DNA from: Candidatus Latescibacterota bacterium
Lineage (GTDB): Bacteria; Latescibacterota; UBA2968
NCBI GenBank assembly: GCA_965116885.1
Contig: OZ220741.1
Span: forward strand, 2,688,001 to 2,752,000
DNA: 64,000 bases
Reading direction: 5' to 3'
A model generated the notes under the pieces. That model made no database searches. It worked only from the letters and a program-made list of their open reading frames with translations, and was not told where the DNA came from. Positions 37,598-47,561 of the stretch are shown here, one piece after another. Within the stretch, counting starts at the first letter, position 1; the number at the start of each line of letters is the position of its first letter. Made by a program: the position numbers and the translations under genes.

Positions 37598-38683
37598 TTC
37601 GATTAAGGCTTCGGAGATGGCGTCGTGAAATTCGGGGCGGAGATGGGCAATTTGGTTGTTCTCGCGGGTGGGGTGTACACGGTTGGTGAGGAGGATGACG
37701 CCGAGGTCTCGTATGGGGTCTCCCCATACGGATGTGCCGGTGAATCCGAGGATGCCGAAGGCTTGTTCGCTAAAGTAACGGCCGCTCGAACTTGCGCCGG
37801 GAGAGACGGTGTCCCAGCCGAGTGCCCAGGTGCTGTTGGGCGCGAGGTTGGCGCGTGTGGTGAATTGTGGAATGCTCCGTTTTGGAAAGATGCCTGTGCC
37901 GAGCCATGCGAGCAGGCATTTCGACAGGTCAGATGCTGTGGAAAACAGGCCAGCGTGGGAGGCGATACCACCCATTGCGGCGGTGTTTTCATCGTGGACT
38001 TCACCGTGTACGAGGTGATCGCGCAAGTCGGAGCCATCTTCCGTGGGCGCAATGCGGTGTTTGAGATGGGGCGGTGGACAGTACAATGTGTCGTTCATTT
38101 TGAGCGGTTCGAATATGTGCTGTTTGGCGAGGTGATCCAGACGATGACCGCCGATGGTTTCGAGGATTTTACCCAGGGTGAGAAAGCCCAGGTCGCTGTA
38201 CACGGTGTCTGTGCCGGGTTCATAAGTTAAGGGGTGTTGGCAGGCTGCGTTGAGCATGGTCTCGCGGGGATCAATCATATTGCGTTGGTTTTCGTACAGG
38301 TGAACATGTGCGGGCAGGCCGCTGCAATGGGCGAGCAGATGCCGAACGGTGACGCGGTCTTTGTTTTTTCCGGTGAATGCGGGGACATAAAATTGCACGG
38401 GTGCGTCGAGGTTGAGGCGATCTTTATCGGTAAATAACATGCAGAGTGTTGTGGTGGCGATGACTTTGGTGACGGAAGCGAGGTCGTAGATGGTATTGAT
38501 TTGTACGGGTGTCGCGTTGGGTTGATAGGTGTGGTGGCCCACAGCCCAGGAGGTGACGATGCCCGTGCGGCGCAGGACGAGGCCGACAGCACCGGGGGTG
38601 GTGCGGGTATGCACATGGCGTTGTAATACTTGACGGGCGCGATCGAGTTTTTGCGAATTAAAACCGATTTGTTCGGGTGTCAT
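37595..38683 (-). CDS. Serine hydrolase, beta-lactamase class C/AmpC-like family
   Basis: YDLASVTK (SxxK), LLAHCSGL, YSDLGF, GEVHDEN, HAGLFS, LTNRVHP. Confidence 0.9.
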   Translation of the reverse strand: MTPEQIGFNSQKLDRARQVLQRHVHTRTTPGAVGLVLRRTGIVTSWAVGHHTYQPNATPVQINTIYDLASVTKVIATTTLCMLFTDKDRLNLDAPVQFYVPAFTGKNKDRVTVRHLLAHCSGLPAHVHLYENQRNMIDPRETMLNAACQHPLTYEPGTDTVYSDLGFLTLGKILETIGGHRLDHLAKQHIFEPLKMNDTLYCPPPHLKHRIAPTEDGSDLRDHLVHGEVHDENTAAMGGIASHAGLFSTASDLSKCLLAWLGTGIFPKRSIPQFTTRANLAPNSTWALGWDTVSPGASSSGRYFSEQAFGILGFTGTSVWGDPIRDLGVILLTNRVHPTRENNQIAHLRPEFHDAISEALIE

Positions 38684-38708
38684 TTTTGTCTCTCCAGTTC
38701 CCAGCCTC

Positions 38709-38737
38709 TTGCACGTGGCATTTCTGTGTCCTATATT
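38709..38737 (+). promoter_or_regulatory. Putative sigma-70 promoter
   Basis: TTGCAC-17 nt-TATATT, about 50 nt before ATG 38789. Confidence 0.45.
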
Positions 38738-38788
38738 GCTAAACTAAGAGACAAAAACAAGGGAAATTTGACAGGGAAAGGTCGTTTT

Positions 38789-39436
38789 ATGAGATATCGA
38801 CATATCTTTGGAGTAGGCGCATTTATCGCTCTGTTTTTTGCGATGTGTATGCCCGCTGAGGGACAGGTGAATGTGGAACGGCTCGAGAGCATTGCGCGAC
38901 ATGTGGCTCGGGCGGTTTTAGCTGAGGGGGATTCTCTAACGGCAGAGCAGGTTGTATGGGTCGAGCGCATGACCGCGCAATTGGCAGAGGATGCGGTGTT
39001 TCTCGACGAGCAAAAACAGCGGTTGGAAGAGGTGCGTCGCGAAAGAGATGCGTCGATTCGGAATATCGCGAGTCAGGTTGCCAAGGGGATTGCTGTTCTG
39101 ATTGCGCTGCTGGTTTTGTGGGGGATTTTCCGTGTTATTAGAAGAGGTGTGAGTGCTGAGTCGGGAAATGATCCTCTGGGGGTGTTGATTGCGATGCGCA
39201 CAGAAGCGCGGGCGCAGAAACTCGGGGAGGCGCTTGTTGAAGAAAATTTGGCGTCGGGCGGAACTGTTGCACCGAGTATCCGTTCAATCTATCGCAGGGA
39301 GGATGGGGTGCGAGAAGCTGCGGAGGCGATGGTTTTTTTGAAGACGACGCGGGCACAATTAAGCGATTTGATTGGTCGCGCAGAGGAATTGGGCGAGGGC
39401 AAGACGCCAGAACTCGTTGTGATACGCGAGGGGTGA
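38789..39436 (+). CDS. Signal peptide + helical ectodomain + TM + C-terminal CutA-like domain (215 aa)
   Basis: C-terminus AQKLGEALVEENLA...PSIRSIYRREDGVREAAEAMVFLKTTRAQLSDLIGRAEEL...PEL follows the CutA1 pattern. Confidence 0.75.
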   Translation: MRYRHIFGVGAFIALFFAMCMPAEGQVNVERLESIARHVARAVLAEGDSLTAEQVVWVERMTAQLAEDAVFLDEQKQRLEEVRRERDASIRNIASQVAKGIAVLIALLVLWGIFRVIRRGVSAESGNDPLGVLIAMRTEARAQKLGEALVEENLASGGTVAPSIRSIYRREDGVREAAEAMVFLKTTRAQLSDLIGRAEELGEGKTPELVVIREG

Positions 39437-39567
39437 GAGGGTTTCACACGAAGACACGAAGACACAAAGATACAAGATGTGAGACGAAAGAGTGTAGGGG
39501 CGGTGTCCCCGTATAAAAGCACTACGGGGCAGGCTCCTGTGCCCACCGGTGAGAGGATACTGATAGT

Positions 39568-40236
39568 ATGTTAAGAGTCTGGATCGTTATTCTGTTGGGG
39601 TTTGTTGCGTCCGCAGCGGCAGAGGAAGATAATGCTTCGCGTATTGCGCGCGAGATGGTTCGCTCGCTGTATGGCTCTGAGCGCGTGAAGCCGTTGCCAC
39701 CTGTGGCGAATGCACAGGTGCGCGCTATTGCGAGAAGGTTGGCTGTGGAGTCGGATGGGCGTTTTCAGCACGCGTTTTTTCAGGAGGATCGCGAGCAGGG
39801 CGCGTTTTTCAGCGGGCTGATGAAGCATGTTATTATCGGGGTGATGATTTGTCTGGTGTTTTTTGTGGTGCATACGGTTGTGCGAAAACTCGATGCGGCG
39901 CGGCGTCTGGGGAAAACGGATCGCGATGTCGCAGTTCAAGGTGGGGTGCGAACTGCGCCTTGTATTCTGGCTCTTCCCATGCCATCTGAAGCGGAGGCAA
40001 GTCGCGTTGGGCACGCGCTTGTTGCCGAGCGGTTGGCTGCGCGGGCAGATGTTTTTTCGCAGTATTTTTTATCGCCGGATCGGGATGAAGGTACTGTGCT
40101 GTTTGTGGTGACTGTAAAAGGCCGCTTGAGGTCACTGAAAAAACGGTTGGGAGATTTGTCTATTTCATTTTCCGTGTCGCATGGACACAGATCTTATTTG
40201 ACGTGGATTGCCGATGCGGCTGATGGGAGAGGGTGA
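39568..40236 (+). CDS. Signal peptide + ectodomain + TM + degenerate CutA-like domain
   Basis: MPSEAEASRVGHALVAERLAA and terminal GHRSYLTWI match the CutA N- and C-terminal motifs. Confidence 0.65.
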   Translation: MLRVWIVILLGFVASAAAEEDNASRIAREMVRSLYGSERVKPLPPVANAQVRAIARRLAVESDGRFQHAFFQEDREQGAFFSGLMKHVIIGVMICLVFFVVHTVVRKLDAARRLGKTDRDVAVQGGVRTAPCILALPMPSEAEASRVGHALVAERLAARADVFSQYFLSPDRDEGTVLFVVTVKGRLRSLKKRLGDLSISFSVSHGHRSYLTWIADAADGRG

Positions 40237-40319
40237 AAGGCGAAAGGTATCCGCAGATGGACGCAGATGGACACAGATGAGAGGATGAAGGGCGGGAGGT
40301 ATTCAGGACATTTTGGGGG

Positions 40320-41054
40320 TTGATCATGCGTGTATTCAGATATGTTCTCTTATTTTTTTTGGCAATAGTTATAATTATTCAATTTGAAACCTGGTTAGAT
40401 ACTTTTTTGCCGGCCGAAATTAGCGACCTGTTCTCAATATTTCTTATGGTTGCTGCTATTTCTATTTTTTGGGGTCGAAAAAATAAATTTCAACGTTGGT
40501 TTGACGACCTGTCGCATCGCATCAATAAAACGTGCGGTCCCCTTTTCCGAAAATTGCGGGTTGCGACCACTGTCATAGGACATATTGTTATTCTGGGATA
40601 TTTGGCTCCCTGGTATTTGCCAGTCTTATTTGGAAGTACGACACCGGGAAATTATATGGGTAAGGCGCGGATCGGACAAGGGGAGGATGAAAAAAGATGG
40701 ACGTGTGTTTATGAATACAAAACACCAAAAGGCGTTTTTGAAGGTCATATTGCCTGGAGCCCACCAGATCCTCCAGAAGATTTAGAGGCTTATTGCAGCA
40801 AACAAATACCCGAATCCATTATCTATTTTCCGCCCAATCCCCAATATCACTATCCCAAGAACAGAAGTCAGCCCATTATGTATAATTATCCAGTAACCCT
40901 GTTCTCTGTTGCGATGCTCGGGGTGAATATCTTTTGGGTTTTTATTCCGCTGTTCAAACAAGGTGCGATTTCAAATGGTGAAGATGTGCGCGAGACGTTT
41001 TGGTGGGCAGTTATCAGTTTAGGATATGTAGGGCTTTATGGCTGGGGTTTCTGA
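40320..41054 (+). CDS. Hypothetical multi-pass membrane protein, AT-richer than its neighbours
   Basis: 244-aa ORF with several hydrophobic segments. No family recognised with confidence. Confidence 0.6.
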   Translation: MIMRVFRYVLLFFLAIVIIIQFETWLDTFLPAEISDLFSIFLMVAAISIFWGRKNKFQRWFDDLSHRINKTCGPLFRKLRVATTVIGHIVILGYLAPWYLPVLFGSTTPGNYMGKARIGQGEDEKRWTCVYEYKTPKGVFEGHIAWSPPDPPEDLEAYCSKQIPESIIYFPPNPQYHYPKNRSQPIMYNYPVTLFSVAMLGVNIFWVFIPLFKQGAISNGEDVRETFWWAVISLGYVGLYGWGF

Positions 41055-41129
41055 CAATCTCAGGTATTTGGGCTTGTATAAGTTTGAAATTTTGATATTT
41101 TAAAAAAGAAAACGGTCTGGCACTCTTCT

Positions 41130-41236
41130 ATGCGAATTATCTTGGATACCAACATTTTTCTGACCGTGGTATCGAGGAACAATTCGGTATTACGCCTGTC
41201 AGCCCTCAGACCTTTCTACATCTTATTGAGGATTAA
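41130..41236 (+). pseudogene. Internally deleted PIN-domain toxin remnant
   Basis: MRIILDTNIFL (PIN N-terminus) joined out of frame to RGIEEQFGITPVSPQTFLHLIED* (PIN C-terminus), immediately before an antitoxin gene. Confidence 0.7.
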
Positions 41237-41241
41237 GAACG

Positions 41242-41478
41242 ATGGGTGCGTTCACTATTCACTTGCCAAATTCACTGCATGACAAAATCGAAGAACTGGC
41301 TAAAGCAGAAGGTTTATCATTTAATCAGTTTATGGTGACTGCTGCTGCTGAAAAAATAGCTGCATTACTTCCAGAGGACTATCTGACTCAAGAGGCGAAA
41401 CAAGGTAAACGGGCGGATTTTGAAAAAGTCTTAAAGGCCGTTCCCCACATTGAACCAGAAGAACAGGACCGGCTCTGA
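41242..41478 (+). CDS. Ribbon-helix-helix antitoxin-like protein
   Basis: FTIHLPNSLHDKIEELAKAEGLSFNQFMVTAAAEK...KVLKAVPHIEPEEQD. Confidence 0.75.
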   Translation: MGAFTIHLPNSLHDKIEELAKAEGLSFNQFMVTAAAEKIAALLPEDYLTQEAKQGKRADFEKVLKAVPHIEPEEQDRL

Positions 41479-41670
41479 ATATATGCCATATTCCTGGCTT
41501 GTACCATCTGTCTCTTGTCTAAATCAGTATAAGAGCGGTGTATAACTTTAACAGAATCCACCCACACGCAACTTGAGCCTGCGCCATCCTATCTATCCTC
41601 TCATCTTCACCCATCCTGTAATATCTCTGCTTGTCCTAAAACTTTTCAATGTTCATAAAGTAGGAAATCT

Positions 41671-42580
41671 ATGTACATTCCAGAAACTCTATCATCCAAT
41701 CCAAAATGGGCTGAATGGATCGAACGGTTGCCAGATATCGTCGCTGCGTGTGCAAAGCGGTGGAATCTTCGCATTGAAGATCCCATGACAGAAGAGTATG
41801 CCGAGATGTCCTATAGTTATATTGCACCAGCGACGGATGCGAAGGGCACAGAGGTTATTTTGAAAATTGGCTCGCCTGTGCAACTGGCGGAAAACTCGCA
41901 GCAAGAGTGCCACGCGCTACAACTTTGCAATGGTAATGGTACGGTCAAGTTGCTCGATTTTGACGAGGCGTTGGGCGTGCTGATGCTCGAGCGCATCCGT
42001 CCAGGTGTGCCTCTGGGTGTTTGTCCGGATGACGAGGAGAATACGCGCATTGCCGCTCGGCTGATGAAAAAGTTCTGGCAACCCGTTCCGAAAGTTCACA
42101 GTTTTCGACCGACGGCGTATGAGATAGATGGTTTTGACAAGTTGCGCAAAAAATACAATGGCGGCACCGGACCGCTGCCCGAAAAATGGGTTGTGCGCGC
42201 CGAAACGCTTTACGATGAGTTGATGAATACGAGTACAGAAACGGTTGTTCTGCACGGGGATTTGCACCACTGGAATATTTTGAGTGCTGAGCGCGAACCC
42301 TATCTCGTCATTGATCCCAAAGGTTATTTTGGCGATCCGGGTTACGAGGTCGGTGCTTTTTTGGCGAATTATCCCGACGCATCCTGTGATGGATGTGACC
42401 GGGGCGAAATCGATGTTCGCCGCGTGGAGATTATGGCCGAAGAATTGGATATTCCGCACGAGCGTATTATCAAATGGGGTTTGGTTCTGGCTTTAATCTG
42501 GGCGAGATGGAGTGCGGATACGCCCGAGGAGTTCTGGCGTACAAGTATTAATCGCCCAGGCGTTGGATCAGTTGCTTTAG
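41671..42580 (+). CDS. Aminoglycoside/hydroxyurea phosphotransferase family kinase (APH(6)-like); probable frameshift near 42553
   Basis: WIERLP...WNL, VILKI, LMLER, LHGDLHHWNIL, IDPKG. A one-base shift gives the ending NRAQALDQLL* at 42580; the ORF track reads on to 42621. Confidence 0.8.
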
Positions 42581-42613
42581 ATGATGTGTCATTCCTAACC
42601 ACAAGGAGATTTT

Positions 42614-44002
42614 ATGTCTAACCGTCCAAATATTCTGATGATTATGTCCGATGAGCACGACCCGGCAGTGATGGGGTGTTATGGCGATTCTATTGTGCAA
42701 ACGCCGCATCTGGACCGACTGGCCGAAGAGGGTATTGTGTTTGATGCGGCTTATACGACGTCACCGCTTTGCGCGCCTGCGCGTGCGAGTTTTACGGCGG
42801 TGCAATACGTGAGTCGCTGTGGGGTGTGGACCAATGATTGTCAGTTGCCTTCTGACGATTATCCTTCGCTGCCCCACGCGCTGAATGCGGTGGGTTATGA
42901 ATGCTGGCTGGGGGGCAAGATGCATTTTGCGGGTGCGCATCGCTATGGTTTTCGCGATGTTTATCCCGGTGCGAATCAAGGGGACAGGAGTGGGAAGGGC
43001 GGGAGGCGCGCGTTTGATGATCTGAGTGAGTCGGGTTTCGGTTGGGAAGGGCGGGTGGCGGCTTTTAAGACGAGTGATACATCGCCCGTTTTGGAAAAGG
43101 ACCGCAAGGTGACGGCGGAGTGCAGTGCGTTTTTGCAAAATCGGTCGGCGGATGATAAGCCATTCTTTTTGCTGGCAGGTTATGTGGCACCGCATTTTCC
43201 GTTGACTATTCCAGAAGAATATTACGCGCCTTACAAAGACAGGGTGCCCATGCCCGAGATTCCCGAGGGCTTTTTGGAGACGCTGCCGACCAATTACAAG
43301 CATTTGAGAGCCGGATTTGGCGTGACAAAGGCGACGCCCGAGCAGACGAAGTTGGGACGGGAGCTTTACTGGGGTTTTGTGAATTGGCTGGACGATGAGA
43401 TTGGCAAGTTGCTCGCCGCACTCAATGATTCCGAAGTGGCGGATAATACGATTGTGATTTACTGTACGGATCACGGCGAGAACAAGGGCGATCACGGATT
43501 GTGGTGGAAAAATAATATGTATGAACACGCTTCGCGGACGCCGCTGATCGTGTCCTTTCCTAAACGCTGGGCAGGTGGGCAACGGCGGACGGGTGTGTGT
43601 TCGCTGGTGGATCTGGCGCAGACGATAGCGGAGATCGGTGGGGCGGAACGGTCAGATGACTGGGATGGCGAGTCGCTGCTCAATTATCTGGACGATGGAA
43701 ATAGCGAGTGGCGGGATATTGCGGTGAGCGAATACTACGCCCACAATATTGCGTCGGGTATGATGATGGTTCGGCAGGGTCCGTGGAAGTACGTGTATCA
43801 CGCGCGGTTTGACGAGGTACATGGACCCGAACGCGAGTTGTACAATTTGGAAGAGGATGCCGGGGAATTTAACAATCTGGCAAATGATCCCGCGCAGGCA
43901 GATCGCATCGCACAATTGCACGATTTGTTGGCGAGGGAATTGAGACGTGATCCCGAAGATGCCGAGGCGCAAAGCCGAGCGGATTTGGCGAAGGGGTATT
44001 AG
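42614..44002 (+). CDS. Cys-type sulfatase (choline-sulfatase-like)
   Basis: RPNILMIMSDEH, CAPAR, GKMHF, TDHGE, WWKNNMYE. Confidence 0.92.
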   Translation: MSNRPNILMIMSDEHDPAVMGCYGDSIVQTPHLDRLAEEGIVFDAAYTTSPLCAPARASFTAVQYVSRCGVWTNDCQLPSDDYPSLPHALNAVGYECWLGGKMHFAGAHRYGFRDVYPGANQGDRSGKGGRRAFDDLSESGFGWEGRVAAFKTSDTSPVLEKDRKVTAECSAFLQNRSADDKPFFLLAGYVAPHFPLTIPEEYYAPYKDRVPMPEIPEGFLETLPTNYKHLRAGFGVTKATPEQTKLGRELYWGFVNWLDDEIGKLLAALNDSEVADNTIVIYCTDHGENKGDHGLWWKNNMYEHASRTPLIVSFPKRWAGGQRRTGVCSLVDLAQTIAEIGGAERSDDWDGESLLNYLDDGNSEWRDIAVSEYYAHNIASGMMMVRQGPWKYVYHARFDEVHGPERELYNLEEDAGEFNNLANDPAQADRIAQLHDLLARELRRDPEDAEAQSRADLAKGY

Positions 44003-44069
44003 GAATTAGGAATTAAAAATTAAAAATTGGCGTTGGGGTGGCCTTCACACTTCATAACATTACACTTCT

Positions 44070-46172
44070 ATGGATCTATCTTTGTACGAGACGATCTGGC
44101 TGGTCGGCGCGGCGATTGCCGCCGGGTTGCTCTGGGGCATTTTTGTCTCGGCGATAAAGCGAAAAGGTACGCCACTGCCGCTGTTGTTGTTGATTTCGGC
44201 GGGGGCGCTCTGGTACACTGGGGACGCGCTGCGCATTTTGATCGCGCAGGCTGCGCCGGATGCGGGTGCGGTGAATTATGCAGCGCATGTGGCGCGTTTT
44301 GGGCTGGATTTTTTGCCGTCTGCGCTGCTGGGAACAGTGCTGGCTTTTGCGGATGAACACAAGGTGGCGCGTGGGTTGCGGCGGTATCTTATACCTATCA
44401 CTTTTGTGCCGGGGGTGATCATTTTTTTGATTGGCATGTCTCAAGCGCCGATCAAGCGCGTGAGTTTTAGCCTGTATGCTATTGCTATGCTTCTGTTTTC
44501 GGCGTATCTCTGCCGGGGTTTTGCGATGCGGTCGGAGACAGAGGTGCATAGGGTGTTTTGTCGGTTGATGGCGTTTGCGCTGACGGGTATCGCGGTTTTG
44601 ACGGTTTTTGCGTATCCGATTGGGTTGCTTCAAAGTAATGTTGTGGGACCGGTGCTCGCGTTGGTGCTTTTTCTTTCGCCTATCGCGCCGGCGTATATTC
44701 TGGGGTATTTTATTTATCGGTACAGCTTTTTTCAGATTGTGGTGAATCCCGCGTTGTTTTATTCCGCGCTGACGGGTATTGTGTTGACGGTTTATTTGCT
44801 CGTGATTCGGCGCGTTGCAGAGGCGCTTGGGCGTCTGGACAGTGGGTTCAGGGTAGAGGTGGTTGAGGCTATTTTGATTTCGCTGCTGATTTTTCTGTTT
44901 CAGCCGATTAAGAACAGGTTGCAGGGGATAATCAATCGCCTGTTTTTCAGGGCGCGATATGAGTACCAGCATTTGCTGGGTACGTTGAGTCAAACGCTGA
45001 ATGTGCCGCACGCGCTGGAGAGGCGGTTGGAGTCGGTGGTGGATGCCGTTGGAACTGTGTTGAAGGTGCATGCAGTTTCGCTGGTGGTGTTTGAGTACGA
45101 GGATGGGGCGGTGAGTCAGGTGCAGGTGATCGCAAGCAGTGGTTTACCGGGGTTTGAGCCGCCTGTCACACCGTTTGGGGATGGGGACGGGACGCAGATT
45201 GAAGCGGTGGTCGGCTGGTTGTTGACCCATCGCCGTCCGCTGGATGTGGGCGATTTGCACCATCCGGCACTTACTGCAATACTCGCAAAGCAAGGGGTTG
45301 AGCTGTGTATTCCGGTGTTGCAAGAGGAAAAGCCGGTTGGTTTGCTCTGTCTGGGCGAGAAGAAGCGCGGGGGATCTTTTTCGTCTGAAGAATGGGATTT
45401 GCTGGGTACGCTTTGCAATCAGATTGCACTGGCGATTGAAAATACACGTCTGGTGGAGCAACGGTTGCAATTGGAGCGGCAGATGTACGAGGCGGAACGG
45501 CTTTCGGCGTTGGGGTTGCTTTCGGCGAGTATCGCGCACGAGGTGAAGAATCCCCTGAGTTCGATCAAGGCGATTGCGACTGTGTTGCGGGAGGATTTGC
45601 AGGGTGATCAGACAAAGGCGGGCGATTTGTCTGTGGTGTTGCGCGAGATTGATCGGCTAAACCGCGTGGTGGATCGCTTGCTCAGATTTGCTCAGCCCAA
45701 GCAGGACGATGGGGCTCAGGTGTTGGACCTGAAGGCTGTGCTGGAAGATGTGGTGTTGATTTTGTTCCACGAGGCGGAGCGACAGAATGTGGAGATCTGT
45801 TTTGAGGTGGATGACGGTCTCGCGGTGAAGGGCGATCCAGAGGATCTGAAGGAAGTATTTTTCAATTTGATTTTGAACGGTATTCAGGCTGTGGATGGCG
45901 ATCAGATAGAGCGGCGGTTGACGGTGCAGGCGCGGCAATTGCACGGCGGTGTGGAGGTGCGGGTGTCGGATACGGGGCCGGGGATTTCAGCGGAGAATCA
46001 GGATCGCATTTTTGAGCCGTTTTTTACGACAAAGGCTTCGGGCACGGGGTTGGGGCTTGCGATTGTGAAGCGCGATGTGGAGCGGATGGGAGGTGCGATT
46101 GAGGTGGCAAATGCGGATGGGGCAGGGGCGGTGTTTGCGGTTCAACTTCCCGGGGGGGATGATGCAATATAA
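44070..46172 (+). CDS. Multi-TM + GAF sensor histidine kinase
   Basis: Long hydrophobic N-terminus, GAF-like LCIPV...GLLCLG...QIALAIEN, H-box IAHEVKNPL, NLILNG, DTGPGI, FTTK, GTGLGL. Confidence 0.93.
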   Translation: MDLSLYETIWLVGAAIAAGLLWGIFVSAIKRKGTPLPLLLLISAGALWYTGDALRILIAQAAPDAGAVNYAAHVARFGLDFLPSALLGTVLAFADEHKVARGLRRYLIPITFVPGVIIFLIGMSQAPIKRVSFSLYAIAMLLFSAYLCRGFAMRSETEVHRVFCRLMAFALTGIAVLTVFAYPIGLLQSNVVGPVLALVLFLSPIAPAYILGYFIYRYSFFQIVVNPALFYSALTGIVLTVYLLVIRRVAEALGRLDSGFRVEVVEAILISLLIFLFQPIKNRLQGIINRLFFRARYEYQHLLGTLSQTLNVPHALERRLESVVDAVGTVLKVHAVSLVVFEYEDGAVSQVQVIASSGLPGFEPPVTPFGDGDGTQIEAVVGWLLTHRRPLDVGDLHHPALTAILAKQGVELCIPVLQEEKPVGLLCLGEKKRGGSFSSEEWDLLGTLCNQIALAIENTRLVEQRLQLERQMYEAERLSALGLLSASIAHEVKNPLSSIKAIATVLREDLQGDQTKAGDLSVVLREIDRLNRVVDRLLRFAQPKQDDGAQVLDLKAVLEDVVLILFHEAERQNVEICFEVDDGLAVKGDPEDLKEVFFNLILNGIQAVDGDQIERRLTVQARQLHGGVEVRVSDTGPGISAENQDRIFEPFFTTKASGTGLGLAIVKRDVERMGGAIEVANADGAGAVFAVQLPGGDDAI

Positions 46173-47553
46173 AATTCTAATTGTGGATGATGATCCTGCG
46201 GCGCGGTACGGGTTGAAGCGGGCACTCGCGGCGCTGGGGTGTGAGATTGTCGAGGCAGAGGATGGTGCGGCGGCGTTGGCGGCTGTGGCGCAGGACAATC
46301 CCGATTTGTTGATTTGCGATATCCAGATGCCAAAGATGGATGGGTTGGCGCTGGTGAAGCGATTGGCAGATCAGGGGGATGTGCGGCCTGTTATTGTGAT
46401 TACGGCGTATGGGTCGGAGCGGGTTGCTGTGGAGGCGATGAAGGCGGGGGCGTACGATTATTTGAGCAAGCCCTACGATGTGGATGAGTTGCGCTGTTTG
46501 GTGGAGAATGTTCTGGAGACGGTGCGGTTGCGGCGGGAGAATGAGACGCTTCGCAACGAGATTCGGCAGCAGTCGGGATTCGGGTTGCTGATTGGTCGCA
46601 GCCGCGCGATGGAGGGGGTCTATGATTTGATCGGGAAGGTGGCGATGACCGATGCAGGGGTGCTGATTGGCGGGGAGAGCGGTACGGGAAAGGAGTTGGT
46701 CGCGCGGGCGATTCACGAGCAGAGCGGGCGACAGGCGCGGCCTTTTGTCGCGGTGAATGCGGCGGCACTTCCGACGGAGTTGATCGAGAGCGAGTTGTTT
46801 GGGCATGAGAGGGGCGCGTTTACCGGGGCGACTGCGCGGCGGCAGGGGAAGTTTGAGCTTGCGGATGGGGGGACGCTGTTTTTGGACGAGATCGGCGATA
46901 TGCATATCGAGACGCAGGCGAAGTTGTTGCGCGTGCTGGAAGAGAAACAGTTTGAGCGGCTGGGCGGTTCGGAGACGGTGACGGTGGATGTTCGGATTAT
47001 CAGCGCGACGAATAAGGATTTGCCGGTGGAGATAGTGGAAGGGCGGTTTCGGGAGGATCTCTTTTATCGCTTGAAGGTGGTGGATATTTTTTTGCCGCCG
47101 CTGCGGGATCGGCGCGAGGATATTCCGCTGCTTGTTCAACATTTTTTGGCGCGTTTTAATGATCAGCACGGCAAGGCGATGACAGATGTGCCGCCGGATG
47201 TGATGAAGATGCTGATGGTGTATGCCTGGCCGGGCAATATACGGGAGTTGATGCACGCGGTCGAGCGGGCGGTTATTTTTTCGGATGGATCCGAGTTGAA
47301 TCGCGATTTGCTTCCCTATGAGGTTCGGGGCGTTGCGTCTGTGGAGAGCACTGAATCTGCCTGGCGGGATGGGGTGTTTTTTCAGGATGCAAAGCAGGAG
47401 GTTGTGCAGTCTTTTGAGGTTGCGTTTATTCGATCTGCATTGGAATACTACAAGGGCAATATTAGCCGTACAGCACCGGCCATTGGCATGAAACGGCAGG
47501 CGTTGCAACAAAAGTTGAAGGAGCACGGGATCGATCCTGGGATTTATCGTTAG
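46159..47553 (+). CDS. Sigma-54-dependent response regulator (NtrC family)
   Basis: REC domain (ILIVDDD, DIQMP), GESGTGKE, GAFTGA, FLDEIG, WPGNIREL, Fis-type HTH. Start overlaps the kinase gene. Confidence 0.95.
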   Translation: MMQYKILIVDDDPAARYGLKRALAALGCEIVEAEDGAAALAAVAQDNPDLLICDIQMPKMDGLALVKRLADQGDVRPVIVITAYGSERVAVEAMKAGAYDYLSKPYDVDELRCLVENVLETVRLRRENETLRNEIRQQSGFGLLIGRSRAMEGVYDLIGKVAMTDAGVLIGGESGTGKELVARAIHEQSGRQARPFVAVNAAALPTELIESELFGHERGAFTGATARRQGKFELADGGTLFLDEIGDMHIETQAKLLRVLEEKQFERLGGSETVTVDVRIISATNKDLPVEIVEGRFREDLFYRLKVVDIFLPPLRDRREDIPLLVQHFLARFNDQHGKAMTDVPPDVMKMLMVYAWPGNIRELMHAVERAVIFSDGSELNRDLLPYEVRGVASVESTESAWRDGVFFQDAKQEVVQSFEVAFIRSALEYYKGNISRTAPAIGMKRQALQQKLKEHGIDPGIYR

Positions 47554-47561
47554 GACGAATA

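Noticed and set aside
37595..38683. Beta-lactam resistance gene
   Set aside because: It has no signal peptide, and the motif set fits the broad esterase/peptidoglycan-recycling serine hydrolase group. Resistance cannot be claimed.
41118..41133. TGGCAC...TGC resembling a sigma-54 promoter
   Set aside because: GG-to-GC spacing is one base too long, and the site overlaps the PIN remnant start codon.
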